Below, piece by piece: positions 1 through 12,096 of a DNA stretch of 64,000 bases; position 1 is the stretch's first letter; each line of letters starts with the position of its first letter. The notes beneath the pieces were generated by a model. It was given only the letters and a program-made list of their open reading frames with translations. It was not told where the DNA came from and made no database searches. The position numbers and the translations under genes were made by a program. The stretch spans positions 186,001-250,000 of the forward strand of contig CBFFRP010000298.1 in assembly GCA_965644295.1 (NCBI GenBank), read 5' to 3'. Source of the DNA: Paraphysomonas bandaiensis (Eukaryota; Protista; Chrysophyceae).

Positions 1-454
1 GATATCACATTGCACCCTCATCGATAGCACTCCATCTATCTCATGAGGAGATGCTCTCATCATATATAACACAATGGACACGACTCCTCATCACTCGCAC
101 TCCCATCGATAGCACTGCACCCCCATCCACACAATCAGACACATTACTGAATCACCGTGCTCACACTCCATGCGCATGAGATATTCTGATAATTATGCGG
201 GGTCTCTTCAGAGGGTTCATACATTCATCAACCACTACAACATAGCTACAGTACATAACAATAGCAGTCATCATTTCCAGTCTACTTTTTCTGTCATGTT
301 CGTATGAAAACCCCGATTTTCATAAATAATACTGGTTTTATATCCTATATACTGTATGTTTCTACTATAAAAAGCAGTATCACTCCTACTTCTCTGTCCA
401 GTACATTCCAATGGTCACACTTCAGCAGTTGCTTCCAACTACCATCCGCTACCA

Positions 455-723
455 TGTCAAGTTATGACACAATTGGAAGATTTACTAAGTTAACTGGACG
501 AGTATTCACTCATTAATCAAGTTAAGATAAGAGAAGATTATAATAAATATAATAAGCAATATATCACGTTATCTCTACTACCACTCATTTCTAGTACGAT
601 CTTACATCGTCATGATATCACTTCTCATAACACAGTTAACCACTACTGTATTCTCCAGTAACCGTCATAATTCCAATATCTTAGAATTACAGCTTTTAAT
701 TGCTCAAACAGCAAAACTCAACA
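455..723 (-). mobile_element. 5' LTR of an LTR retroelement whose body runs off the left window edge
   Basis: On the minus strand it reads TGTTGAG...CTTGACA and is followed directly by a PBS-like TGGTAGCGG (446-454). It is clearly similar to the solo LTR at 53185-59172. Confidence 0.75.
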
Positions 724-750
724 GGGCCTGTTTAAAAAATCCATCAATAC

Positions 751-937
751 TATTGATGGAACGCTATCTAACAATTGTATTGCAAGATATTGTTCCCTAT
801 CCCTGATAGCTATCATATCATTGGTTCTCATTTCTCATAATAGGGTTAGCTACTACTGCATTCTTAGAGCAACGGTTATAATTCTAATATCTTAGAAACT
901 ACAGCTTTTAATTGCACACAAACAGCAATACTGAACA
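751..937 (-). repeat. Degenerate LTR-like remnant related to 455-723
   Basis: ataattctaatatcttagaaactacagcttttaattgc...aaca parallels 667-723. No TSD found. Confidence 0.4.
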
Positions 938-1108
938 CTACTACCTCCATACTCAATACAGGTTCGAAGAACCCCCTTCCTCCCACGTTTTTTTCAGTGA
1001 AGTTGCATAACTTCAATACATGATGACTAGTAATTCCATTAAAGAACAACGCAACTTTCAGCGCAACACTAAATCTATTGCAATTTTGAATAATGAAAAT
1101 GGCTAGCA

Positions 1109-2419
1109 CTAGGTTTGTAAGTCTGTTCTAAATGAACTGTGACTACAGTCTACATCCACAGATGAGGACGACAACCTATACAACTCCTGCACTACACCTT
1201 CCTGTCTCAAGTACTCGGCATCATTAATATCACACCACTCCTGATCGTCTTTGAAAGGGTACTGAGCGCCCTCGTGTCCAATGAACCGATTCTTATACTT
1301 TTCGAATAGATGATGAGCATCGTAGAAGAGAAGAATCTCGTTTAATTCATTTAGACGAGTGCAATCCCACGGAATATTCTTTGTTAGTATATCGCTACTG
1401 ATCAAGACATCCTCTCTGTCACGCCCAACATATCCCGTGCAACCAGCTATACCCAAGACGTAATTCGCTATGTTCCTCAAACTGATTCTCATATTCATGT
1501 CATGCTCCGCAGCAGCGTACTCCTTCTGTTGATTTAATTTAGACTTTTTATCCAAAAACTGGGGTTGTTGAGCCAAACAACGTATCCCCATAATCTCGCA
1601 TGCGAATGGAGTAATTTCTTCCTGGTCACGACCTCGAATACCGTCATAGTCCATTAAAACTATCGAGTTGTTGCCAAATACCCTCCCATATCTCTGTGCT
1701 AGCTCCTCAATAAACAGTGACACAGACCAGAATTTTTGGTTGTGCACTATCCATGAGCTATAACTGCTCGGCCTTTTGGCATTCTTATTCATTTGAGTGT
1801 AGTATGATTTGAGCCGACTGATAGGGTTTCTGTATGTAATAACAATCTTAACAGCGTCATACCCTTCGCAAATCTCTTTCAGCTCCACAATTTCATCGTG
1901 ATTGAGCACAACTAAATCTTCACTAGAAAATACAACTGATTTTCCTTGGTCGAATGCATTTTTAATGTCACTTCTTGTCCGCTGCAAGTAATAAGCATAT
2001 GTGTGATTGACGATCGATTTGCGGTTACAAAGACGATCCATATACTTTTCGTAATGTGGACAATCTAGCATAGACCATGACCATGGGTACCTGTAATCTA
2101 TCGTTGCATTATGCCGACTTGATTTTGGAAGTCTCAGAGCCATTTCGATATGGCTGTATATTTTGACCCCCGGAGCAAACCCACCAGCTGTAGGCATAAC
2201 CCACCCATGACGAGCAAAATCGTAGTAGCACTCGGCCATTGAGGCTTGTAAGGCTGATGTGCCTGTTTTATGCGGTCCGATATGAATCACAAGCTCACGT
2301 GGACTTCGACTGTTACCATTCACTGGGGCATCTTTAATGTGTCTTAGGCATGGACCAAAGGCTCCAGACACACACCGCCACAAACACAGAATACCGAATA
2401 TAAGAAATACACCCGCCAT
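1109..2419 (-). CDS. Secreted/membrane-anchored P-loop sulfotransferase-like protein (host)
   Basis: 436-aa ORF with a hydrophobic N-terminus, VIHIGPHKTGTSALQ, FSSED and YRNP..R..S motifs. Confidence 0.65.
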   Translation of the reverse strand: MAGVFLIFGILCLWRCVSGAFGPCLRHIKDAPVNGNSRSPRELVIHIGPHKTGTSALQASMAECYYDFARHGWVMPTAGGFAPGVKIYSHIEMALRLPKSSRHNATIDYRYPWSWSMLDCPHYEKYMDRLCNRKSIVNHTYAYYLQRTRSDIKNAFDQGKSVVFSSEDLVVLNHDEIVELKEICEGYDAVKIVITYRNPISRLKSYYTQMNKNAKRPSSYSSWIVHNQKFWSVSLFIEELAQRYGRVFGNNSIVLMDYDGIRGRDQEEITPFACEIMGIRCLAQQPQFLDKKSKLNQQKEYAAAEHDMNMRISLRNIANYVLGIAGCTGYVGRDREDVLISSDILTKNIPWDCTRLNELNEILLFYDAHHLFEKYKNRFIGHEGAQYPFKDDQEWCDINDAEYLRQEGVVQELYRLSSSSVDVDCSHSSFRTDLQT

Positions 2420-2829
2420 GTGATGTGAACTCGGCCCTATTTAAACGTCATAATTTCATACTATAGCCATGGAAAGGACTAGGAAAGTACGGCAATACCA
2501 TATTCGCATATATGGCATACCATACCGCATACAATACTTCGTTGACTTCAAAAATGTAGGCGGGTATACCGGTATACAGTATATCTGGAGGCGGAAAAAT
2601 ATATAGGCAGAGGAAAAAACTCTCGCAGTTTTTTTGTGTCATTTTTCTAAACGGTCGAAAAAACCCCGATGTACACGTACTGTAAGGAAAACTGTAAACC
2701 CCCCCGATCTATGTAAAACTAAAACCAGGATTTTCGGGAGTTGGTGTGTAAAATATTTTGTCATCGTAATATTATCTGATTTCAGGATTTTTGGAAATAC
2801 ATTCTTCCCACCCTTACCTTAATATTAGA

Positions 2830-2996
2830 CTGGGGGTGTTGTGCATATCGATTTCATCGATTTGTTCATCGTCGAAAAATCATCGTTTTTTCATTAAAAA
2901 GTCACTTTTTTTCACTTTTCACTGAAAAAACGATGATTTTTCGATGAAATAAACGATGAACAAATCGATGAAATCGATATGCACAACCACCCCCTG
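2830..2996. mobile_element. Fold-back MITE-like element
   Basis: Long inverted repeat: gggggtg-ttgtgcatatcgatttcatcgatttgttcatcgt ... acgatgaacaaatcgatgaaatcgatatgcacaaccaccccc, plus an inner arm tcgaaaaatcatcgttttttca / tgaaaaaacgatgatttttcga. No TSD seen. Confidence 0.7.
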
Positions 2997-3156
2997 TTTT
3001 TTCCTAAAATCCTGCTATTTTGGTATTTCTATTTCACATTCCCAGCTTTCAGACACACCCTCAAGTGTCGTGTTTTTAGTGTAGTTGTTGTATATGGTGT
3101 CTCATGGGCTAGTAATAGTCCTCATAATATACTTACCTATTGACCCTCTTATCAGC

Positions 3157-4446
3157 ATGTTGACTGCATATTATTATGCCGTCATTATTCTAACAACTAT
3201 AATATATGTGGTATCTGTGTCTGGAAATGATAACTGTCCCAGAGTGGCACTATTCACTATAGCTAGAGACACTGTATGGGTGGTTCCTGACTGGTTGCAG
3301 TATCATGGGGAGTTATTTGGATATGAGAACATATATTTTATAGACCATGGCGGCACTAACCCCATGATGAGAGACATATACTCATACCTTCAGACTGAAA
3401 AACACATGACTATAGCTAAGTTGACAGGAATTGATTTCCCATCTAAGCACTCTGCTCTGAGTAAATTAGCTCACTCAGTATCGGCAAATTACGATATACT
3501 TTTCTTCCTGGACTCTGATGAATTTTTGACAGTTCGCAATAACAACAAAATATCTATCAGTCGGGAAGACATATGTGCAGAATTGGTGTCATTATATGCG
3601 AATACAAGTGCGGTGCGATTAAAAATGCCGAATATAATGTGCCCTTGTCGCCAACCGAACGAGAGTGAAGAGACGCATGGACGGATGGCTGATTGTACAG
3701 ACTTTCTGGTAGAACCACATACTATGCTCTCCAAGACATTTCATAGGGCCGATAGCTTTCAAGCAACGGATCAAGGGAACCACTATGGGTGCACGAAGAA
3801 CCAAACCTGTGGCCCTCTTGAGGGAGATTACCCCACAGACTGTTTCCCTCCAGAAGTGTTGCAAAAAATGAGGAAGTGCACACTGAATGACTTCGAACTG
3901 ACAAAACTATCATTAATGCATTTTCCATGTGGTGGGTATCGTCAGTGGCGACGGAAGTATATGATGCGAGGCTTTGCCTATGGTTACGATGAGATGACCC
4001 CCGAAAGTATCAATCAATTACAACGTTGGCAATATTGGAAATATATATATCCCGAGTACATGAATGAGTCGACAACTTTTTACCAGAGAGAATTTCCAGC
4101 TGTCGATGAAAAAATGGAACACATTACTGTACTGAGTGAGTACGTGCATCGAAATCAATTGGGGCTGGTCGAATTTTGGAGGAAAATTACTGCTTCTGGT
4201 CAACGTGCTGTCAATGGTGAATGTCCTTTTAAAAGGCAAAAACGTCCCACAGACGCTTTGCCTAATAAAACTGAGGGCTGGTTTGACATATTGGGGCAAG
4301 GGTGCGCTAATGACTATTGTCGATGGGTCCAACACCATGGTAAAGTCTTTTGGTCCTGTGCCCTTGCTGGTACGAATGAACCACACACAGCACCTGGCTA
4401 TTATGAATATGCTCTCGACGTACTTCATGCGAAGTTTTCGAATTAG
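3157..4446 (+). CDS. Glycosyltransferase family 2-like protein (host)
   Basis: N-terminal signal/TM, DWLQYH..LFG.ENIYFIDHG and FFLDSDEFL (DxD) motifs. The ORF track starts at 3085 on a non-ATG codon; ATG 3157 is preferred. Confidence 0.7.
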   Translation: MLTAYYYAVIILTTIIYVVSVSGNDNCPRVALFTIARDTVWVVPDWLQYHGELFGYENIYFIDHGGTNPMMRDIYSYLQTEKHMTIAKLTGIDFPSKHSALSKLAHSVSANYDILFFLDSDEFLTVRNNNKISISREDICAELVSLYANTSAVRLKMPNIMCPCRQPNESEETHGRMADCTDFLVEPHTMLSKTFHRADSFQATDQGNHYGCTKNQTCGPLEGDYPTDCFPPEVLQKMRKCTLNDFELTKLSLMHFPCGGYRQWRRKYMMRGFAYGYDEMTPESINQLQRWQYWKYIYPEYMNESTTFYQREFPAVDEKMEHITVLSEYVHRNQLGLVEFWRKITASGQRAVNGECPFKRQKRPTDALPNKTEGWFDILGQGCANDYCRWVQHHGKVFWSCALAGTNEPHTAPGYYEYALDVLHAKFSN

Positions 4447-4829
4447 GATTATAGGAGTAGAACTAATGATCAGTACTTGTTATATTTAATTGTTGAATTT
4501 TGCCTATAGTGAGAAATTAAATACTGTATTTCCAAATTATACTTGTTACACACATTATATACTGTTGTGTGACTATATACAGTTACTGATGTGTGGTCTC
4601 TGTGGTTTTATCAGATGTTACACGAATATGTAGTGCAGTGTTCAAAATAATAATTATAATTCTTACTTGAAAGCGCATTGTGTTCAACATAGCAAGGTTA
4701 AGGTTTACGTGTAGAGCAAAGTTAACTTCAGTAAAATGTCCAATCATTCTAACATTCTTCATTGAGTACAAGTAGTGCTCTTCACAGGGGGCCAAATAGG
4801 CCTAACTTTGATATATGGTAGTTCTGAAC

Positions 4830-5560
4830 CCCTCAACAAAGTCGGATTCGCACGTTTTCGTGGTGTTCTGGGGTCTGGGGGATAAGTACCGAAGACTAAT
4901 ACGTGTCACTTGTGTAGACGTCTTTGGGCCTGACGAATAAACAGACATCCTATCCGGCCCTCAACAAAGTCGGACTCGCACCTTTTCGTGGTGTTCTGGG
5001 GGATAAGTACCGGAGATATTTTCTCTGGGAAACTAACGTGAGCCGCAAACATAGTGAGCTGATATTCTTCTGCCCACTCATAGCCGAATGCTTGTGTGGT
5101 ACAAGGGACACCAATAAGTGTCACTTGTTTAGACGTCTTTGAGCCCTGACGAATAAAAAGGCATCCGGGACAGGACCCACCTGAAGGGTAACCGGGGTAT
5201 TGGACTGCCTGCTGAAGTCAAGCATCCGGGATGTTCACCTTAAGAACTCAGAGCGGAAGTGGTCACACCTTGGTGTTTGCGGCGACGCACAAGCAGCTTT
5301 CGTAGTGTTAAATAGTAGGATAAAAAAAGTGTGTACTGATTAGTTACAGGTAGAGGTCTAACTAGTTTGTCTAGCATTCATCTAGCTACTAAGTTGGTGC
5401 AGGTTTTTAACGCCTATTGCTAATAATAAGACTTTCAATATATCCTATCCGGGGTATTAGGCTGCTTGTTGTTGAAGTCAAGCATCCGGAATGGGCCAAC
5501 CTCAGGACATCCGGGGTATTCGGCTGCCTGATTAAGTCAAGCATCCAGGTTGTTCACCTT
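4830..5560. repeat. Cluster of dispersed imperfect direct repeats
   Basis: ccctcaacaaagtcgga..tcgcac..tttcgtggtgttctgggg occurs at ~4830 and ~4958. gtgtcacttgt.tagacgtcttt occurs at ~4903 and ~5118. ccggggtatt.g.ctgc...aagtcaagcatcc occurs at ~5192, ~5449 and ~5511. Confidence 0.7.
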
Positions 5561-7004
5561 AAGGATTAAAGAAATTCTTAAGTCACGATTGTATATAATA
5601 ATGTTTACTTTTAGTAATATATTAATCATATATGTCAGAATTTTGATAGACGCGATCTTATACAGTCAAAGAGTTTAAGTTTCTCTACTAGTGTTATTCA
5701 TATCATAATATCATCAATTCATGTAAAACAGTTGTTAACTGCATACGAATATACAAAACGCAACAATACCTAAGCCTGAGTCGATGTCATCACACTTTAA
5801 CGAATAGAAGGAAATAACTACACTGTAAATTCACATTACTCATTTGAATAAATATTTCTTATTATTTTTTGCCATTCACTATCTATGGCAAGGAAATGGT
5901 GTTGTCTTTTAGTAATCATTTTCTGCTTGTCTGAATGTTTCAATGGATGGTCCCCGAAGTACTCTCAGAGGTGGCTCCTCCATGGAAATCTACTCTAGAG
6001 TTTCGACATATAAGAAACTCTCGAAGTACTCTATTCATTTCTCAACATATCAATATCAAACAGGGCTGCGTAACAATTAATTGCAATTTAATTGTGCCAA
6101 TTATTGTCTAATTAACTTAATTACTCATTACAAGCACATATAGCATCGTCAGCCGTACTTGCATTCCCCAGATGAGGTGCCATAGATTTGCGCAGATCAC
6201 TCATGTTAATATTTGCTCTACTGTAGTAGTGGAATAAATATACAGGTTTTCGAATGCAAAGAATCAGTAAAAGTCCTGATAATCCATGTCCATACTGCTG
6301 CACGTCCAGTTCGAAGTGAACTACAATCCTGCAGTGTCTTGTGTCTTGTGAGACAGGATAGGAAGAACATGATTGCCACACTACTTCTATATATTCCTCT
6401 TCCTCTTCTGGTAAAAACACAGTCCCACAAAAAGTTACACCTTTTTAGCTCGCTCCAAGCTCAATGTCTCTATTGAGACCGTGGTTGTGTCCCATCAGCG
6501 GGTCCGGGCTCAGACTGTTCCCTTCTCTCCAAGCAGGGCTGCATTTTGAAACACACCACACTGCCGACAAACACCTTGTCTTACCATGTTGTACATGCTC
6601 CCCGTTCGATAACGCTAACGCCGTCAGTTAAACCAAGTGCCTGCACCACTGCAGCGCTGTCTGTTCCTATTGGACATCTCCCTTGCAGACGCATCTGTCT
6701 CACACACCGTTCTCTACGGTTACAACCACTCATCGCATGGCTCGTGCGGGTAGGCACTCGAAAACGGTCCACTTGTTCATTCGCTAACACCCATGCTCTC
6801 CATCGGCCCCGCTACCTTGTAAAACAGGACCATTTCTTGACGACGGCACAAACCAACCCAGCATGGTTGCTCTGTGCGTCTGCAGAGCACCCCCTCACCC
6901 TGTTTGCCTATCATCCCCACAGCCCATACATCTCATTGGATGGACACAGTATTCCGCATACAGTATACCCGACTACTGTACTACTGTGTCCCACAATTTG
7001 CAAA

Positions 7005-7142
7005 TATACTGCATGTACCTGTACATGTACCTGTATACATGTACTGTTGGACACATCACCATGTACATGCACATGTACCTGTATACCTGTACTGTTGGAC
7101 ACATCACCATGTACATGTACCTGTATACCTGTACTGTTGGAC
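7005..7142. repeat. Minisatellite (tgtacatgtacctgtatacctgtactgttggacacatcacca-type, ~3 units)
   Basis: Direct inspection shows 42-48-bp units. Confidence 0.8.
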
Positions 7143-8039
7143 CTCTCTCTCTCTATGTCCAACACACTCATAACTCACCGCTGCACTGTCATACACACGC
7201 ACCTTACACTCTACCTCCTCCACGAAAACCTCCAGACAAACCATCTCCCCTCCCTCCGTCTCTGACACCTTGCCGTCATCTTCCTTCCACACACACTCTA
7301 TGCCTCAGCCTGTACCCCCCTGCACCAACACAGACACTAACAAGGGCAGCTGAGGACGTCCGAGTGTCTCCTCCAGACCATCATCATCATCACGATCATC
7401 TCGTGCATAGGGCTATCAGAGTACCCGACCTTGGCAGACCTAGTTCTGTTGCGCAGTCCCACTCTCCTCAATCAGATGTTGCCTCTTTTGCACCATCACA
7501 CTCCCTCTCGACTCCCTGTTGCTGGACACACCGGATGACCCTCATATCCCACCCCTGTCCAGCTATACACTCTCTTGCATGTGCTCTCTACCGTTGGCTA
7601 AGACAGCAAAAGAGTCGATTTCGACGCTTCTTCACAGTAGGCCATAACCTTTTGCAAGACCTTCATCCACATACCTCCGAGCCACTTGGCACAATGCCTA
7701 AAGGAAGGCCACCAGATCGCCAATATAAGCAGGGTATAGTACTGTGTTCCCCTGGTTGCCGTGAGGTACATAAGGCAGCCCCCGATGCAAATTGCACACA
7801 ATGTATGTGTAGTCTTATTTGTTCCAGTGTTGTAGTAGTAGACTTAGATCACTGCTTTCACTTGTCATGCTGTACGTTGCACAACGTGTCCCCTACATAC
7901 ACATTTCTCATATAGCGCCGGTGAGTCCTAGGACACACGACAATGGCGAAACTCGCAATCAACATCAAGAACGGAAGTGGTCGCACCTTGGTGCTTGCGG
8001 CGACGCACAAGCAGCTTCTGTAGCGTTAAATAGTAGGAT

Positions 8040-8359
8040 TATTGACTAATGACCATTTTCAGATGATTAAGATCGTTGTAAGAGAAGTTTAAGTTAGTCA
8101 AACTAGATAGATTACTTTATTATGATTGTATACACAATTGTGTGTGTTGTCATGTAACACATGTCAACAACATGATAAATTATTTCGTTCATGTCAACCA
8201 CTGCTCAACTTCCGTATCTTGAATCGTCATGATATAATACTTCAGTTTCACAGTTATAGCTATATAGCACCTTTGACTATTGGCTACGTATTACTGTTTT
8301 TCACATTGTATTTAACGTATTCTACAGTACTATCTTAGAGAACCATACGTATTCCAACA
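8040..8359 (-). repeat. copia-1 3' LTR
   Basis: Matches 35436-35755. On the minus strand it is preceded by the PPT (8360-8370) and its ends are TGTTG...CAATA. Confidence 0.95.
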
Positions 8360-8527
8360 CTCCTCCTCAATGTAGAAACGAGTAATCGTCGTTATACTGC
8401 AGCTATATATATATCATCTAGTCATCTTAGGATAAAACGGATGTGAAAATCTTCATAAAGATACTGTGAACATCACACTTCGCTGTAACACAGTTATGTG
8501 GGATTCTTACCCACTAAAAACACACCC

Positions 8528-9336
8528 TTAACCTTTCTTGAACCGCTTCTTCTGATTCTTCTCAACTTCATTTGAAATGCTCCTCTTTTCCCCTGTGATA
8601 GTTTCTTCATGGAGTTTAAAGAGCTTTGTAGATAACGCTTTTGTAAATATGTCGGCCGCCATATCCTTAGTCGATACATGAATCAATCTGGCTGTAGGAA
8701 ATCCTCCATTTACGTGTTCCCGAACCCAGTGGTACTTTATCTGAATATGTTTTGATCTTTTGTGGTAGACTGGATTTTCTGACAGATCTTTTGCACTCTT
8801 GCTGTCCATGAAGAATGGGGTTGGCTTCGTCAATGCGAGTCCTAGCTCTCGTAACACCCCCCGTAGCCACACCAGTTCTTGCATGGCCGCATATTCTGCC
8901 ATATACTCGGACTCCATACTGGAAGTTGCAACTGTAGTCTGCAGTTTGGACTGCCATGCGATTGCTCCAGCACATAAGAATACAATATAACCGGTAGTTG
9001 AACGTCTCGTTAGTATATCACCTGCCCAGTCCGCATCACTAAATACATGTAAATCAAACTTACTCCCACTGAATTTGATTCCTTTGCTGGTGGTGCCTCT
9101 CAAATATTTCAATAAATGAATAGCTAAACGACACGATGCGTATGTAGGATTACTGCTGTATCTCGATAGTAGTCCGATTGCATAGGCGAGATCTGGTCTT
9201 GTGTGGAGTGCGAGATACAGGATTGCTCCAATACTACTACGATACGGAAATTTTGAGACCCATTCCTCCTGTTCTGATGTAAGTTCCCGTTCTGCAGCTA
9301 GTAGTTCTTGTGCATTTGATGGCAACGGAGCTTCCT
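8528..9336 (-). pseudogene. pol: copia-1 pol C-terminal part (end of RT + RNase H), cut off by the insertion
   Basis: PYRSSIGAILYL..TRPDLAYA, FSDADWAG..TRRSTTG, SSMESEY, RSKHIQIKYHWVRE and ADIFTK motifs. Confidence 0.93.
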
Positions 9337-10176
9337 ACACACAGAGAGGCCGAAGGACCGAGGGGCGCTCTTGCCGCTTAGGCATTCTTCCTGAGCCAGA
9401 AGGGCTCTCGTATCGTAATAAAACTTCGTTTTATTACTCTTTCCTTTTCACTCTATCTTTAAATATAATTATATTAATAATACTATACTTTAAATAAAAA
9501 TTAATTACTTTATATAATATTAAATAATTATCTTATAATAAAATAAAAATATAGTTTTGGCATTTTGGCTTTCTGGCATTTTGGCTTTTATGAAAATTAG
9601 AAAAAGTTATAAAATAAAATTTATTATATAGTTTATGTTATAAAAAGCCAGTGCCAAAATGCCAGTTGTGGTGGTGATGATGATGGTGGTGTTGTAACAG
9701 TGATGGTGATGATGATGATGGTGGTGTTGTAACAGTGATGGTTATGTTATAAAAATCCAGTGCCATAATGCCAGTTTCTATTCAAAATATTTTTTCAAAA
9801 TAATTTATCAAAAATATTTATTCTATTCAAAATATTTTTTCAAAATAATTTATCAAAAATATTTATTCTATTCAAAATATTTTTTCAAAATAATTTATTC
9901 TATTCAAAATAATTTTTACGTTATTACCAATTAAAAAATTATTAAAAAGCAAAATGGTTTAAAGAGATAATTTTACTCCAACGAAGATTTAAAATGCCTA
10001 TTTTAAATCTAAGTTGGGGTACAACCCTACACAGATTATAAAACGCTTTAGGCGTTTTAAATCTGCACGGGTGTAAAAAGGCCATGAAAGATGTCAAAAA
10101 GAAAAAACGGATGAAGGTTAATAAATAGTTGAATACACACACGCAACAAACAATAAACAAAATAGTTTTAAAAAAT
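9337..10176 (+). repeat. Left TIR (840 bp)
   Basis: Starts ACACACAGAGAG and is the reverse complement of 30726-31566, with about 5 differences seen. Confidence 0.95.
9777..9915 (+). repeat. 45-bp tandem repeat within the left TIR
   Basis: Unit tctattcaaaatattttttcaaaataatttatcaaaaatatttat, 2 full copies plus partial copies. Confidence 0.85.
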
Positions 10177-10234
10177 ATATAAAAAATATATAAAACAATT
10201 TAAAAAAATAAAATATAATATTATTATATATATC

Positions 10235-12040
10235 ATGTATTTTGAAAAACAAGATTTATTAACATATGACGACATCATTATTCTTATTGATTCAAAATCT
10301 CCAAATGAAAGAGCCCAAATAATAACATCAAAGCTAAAAAAGTATTGCTTCTTTCAAAATGGTGTACTTTATACATATAACAATAAATTTATTGTATACA
10401 ATGCAACGTGTGAAAACAAAGATAATGTATTAATTACAATGATAACAAATTATTTAACTGAATCCTTGAAGAACTTGAGCAAAGAGCAAAGACAGTTAAT
10501 AGAACTTCAAAAGACAAAAGAGTTTAATAAGCTTTGTGAAAATGCAAATGTGAATAAAAACCTTCCACAACTGACAGTGTTGTTACAAGAAGAAGAAATA
10601 AAATTCGGAGCTGACTATTATGAAATACATTATAAGAATGGTTATATTGATTTAAAAACATTAGAGTTTAAACAAAGAATGCAAAATAAACACTTTGTAT
10701 GTAACTATATAAAACGCGATTATATAAAGTCATCAAAATATCAACAAGAGAAAATAAAAAATACACTGAAGAAGATATACCCGAAAAAAGAAGACTTAGA
10801 AACTATTTTATATATATTAGGTTCAGCACTTACAGGAAAAGCAACAAAAGAACAAAAGATATTGTTTTTATTAGGAGTCGGTAGCAATGGAAAATCAACA
10901 ATCATGCAAATAACAGAAAAGGCAATTGAATGCTATTTTGAGACATTAGAAGAAGACTCCTTCTCAATGTCAAATAAGAACCCAGATAAAACCTTTTCAT
11001 CATTTCATGGAAAGCCACATATACGCATGGTATGGATAAATGAACCTAAATGTGATAAAATGAATGCAACAACATTTAAAAAGTTTTGTGAAGGTGAAAT
11101 GAAAGGTAAATTATTATATAAAAATGGAGTTCATAATTTTAATCATAATGCATTACCCATATTTTCAGCAAACCTAATGCCTAATATTAATATTGACGGA
11201 GGCGTAAAGAGAAGATTTAGGGGTTATGTTCATGAGTCTGTATTCGTGACTGACAAATCAAAAGTTAATGAAAAAAAACATATTTATATGACAAATAGAG
11301 ATTTACTTGATAATATTGTGTCTGAAGGTTTATTAGATGCTTGGATAGATATTTTAAGTAAGTTTGCTAATAAGTGGATTAAAGGAGATGAAATTCCATG
11401 TCCTGAAAGCTTTCAAACAGCAACTGATGAAATGATACAAGAAAACGACAAATTTCAGGATTTCATTGATGCTAAATTAGAAATCACAACAAACGGAAAA
11501 GTAGATAGAATAGGAAAAGACGATATGGTAAGATTATATAAAGAGTTATACCATGGTAAAAACATATCAACTCAAACTATGATAAGTTTATTAAAAACTA
11601 AAATAGATTGGGATAGAGAAATAAGATGCAGAGTAACAGGAATAAAAGGTTGTTTTTATAATGTGAGAGAAAGAACATATGTGAAAGAAGATGATGAAGA
11701 AGATAATGAAGACGAAAAACAAAATACTAATGAAGAAGCAGAGAAAGTCAAAACATTGAAAGATGAAATCAAACAATTGAAAAAAAGAATAAAAGAACTT
11801 GAGAAGAGTAATGATGAGAAGACAACAAAAGAAGATAAACTTAATGAAGAGCTAGAAGACATGGATAAATTATTTGACTTTAGTAAAAACACCATAAACA
11901 AGTCAAAGAATAAACTAATCAATACAAATAAGAAGAAAGATGAAGAGAAGAAACTTAATAAAGATGTCAATTTTATAAAGTTACCAGAACAGACAGATTT
12001 GACAGATGAAGACATTAAAAATTTCACTAGTTTTTTTTAA
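10235..12040 (+). CDS. D5-like superfamily 3 helicase
   Basis: Walker A GVGSNGKST, Walker B VWINE and motif C FSAN, with upstream YKNGYIDLKTLEF (D5_N-like), GGVKRRF and an acidic coiled-coil tail. No primase domain recognised. Confidence 0.88.
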   Translation: MYFEKQDLLTYDDIIILIDSKSPNERAQIITSKLKKYCFFQNGVLYTYNNKFIVYNATCENKDNVLITMITNYLTESLKNLSKEQRQLIELQKTKEFNKLCENANVNKNLPQLTVLLQEEEIKFGADYYEIHYKNGYIDLKTLEFKQRMQNKHFVCNYIKRDYIKSSKYQQEKIKNTLKKIYPKKEDLETILYILGSALTGKATKEQKILFLLGVGSNGKSTIMQITEKAIECYFETLEEDSFSMSNKNPDKTFSSFHGKPHIRMVWINEPKCDKMNATTFKKFCEGEMKGKLLYKNGVHNFNHNALPIFSANLMPNINIDGGVKRRFRGYVHESVFVTDKSKVNEKKHIYMTNRDLLDNIVSEGLLDAWIDILSKFANKWIKGDEIPCPESFQTATDEMIQENDKFQDFIDAKLEITTNGKVDRIGKDDMVRLYKELYHGKNISTQTMISLLKTKIDWDREIRCRVTGIKGCFYNVRERTYVKEDDEEDNEDEKQNTNEEAEKVKTLKDEIKQLKKRIKELEKSNDEKTTKEDKLNEELEDMDKLFDFSKNTINKSKNKLINTNKKKDEEKKLNKDVNFIKLPEQTDLTDEDIKNFTSFF

Positions 12041-12096
12041 AATAATATAAAACAATTTAAAATATTAATATATATATTTAATATATATATATACAT

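Noticed and set aside
6546-7915. Overlapping 239-aa and 350-aa ORFs as a transposase
   Set aside because: They are kept open by a minisatellite and low-complexity sequence; no DDE or other domain recognised.
8126-8338. Identical small ORFs at 8126 and 35522, and similar ones at 53422, 58837 and 59250
   Set aside because: They are chance frames within LTR copies.
9201-9497. 98-aa ORF, and the matching C-terminal tail of ORF 31405-34398
   Set aside because: These are read-throughs across the copia/TIR junctions, not genes.
9558-9664. TGGCA/TGCCA as adenovirus-style NFI sites
   Set aside because: The spacing does not match TTGGC-N5-GCCAA and NFI is not expected in a protist. Kept only as repeats.
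9942-10160. 72-aa ORF in both TIRs (also 30742-30960)
   Set aside because: Non-ATG start, no recognisable motif, and it is duplicated only because it lies in the TIR.
11591-12027. Antisense ORFs over viral genes (also 26165-27601 and others)
   Set aside because: They are shadow frames of Glu/Lys/Asp-rich sense genes.
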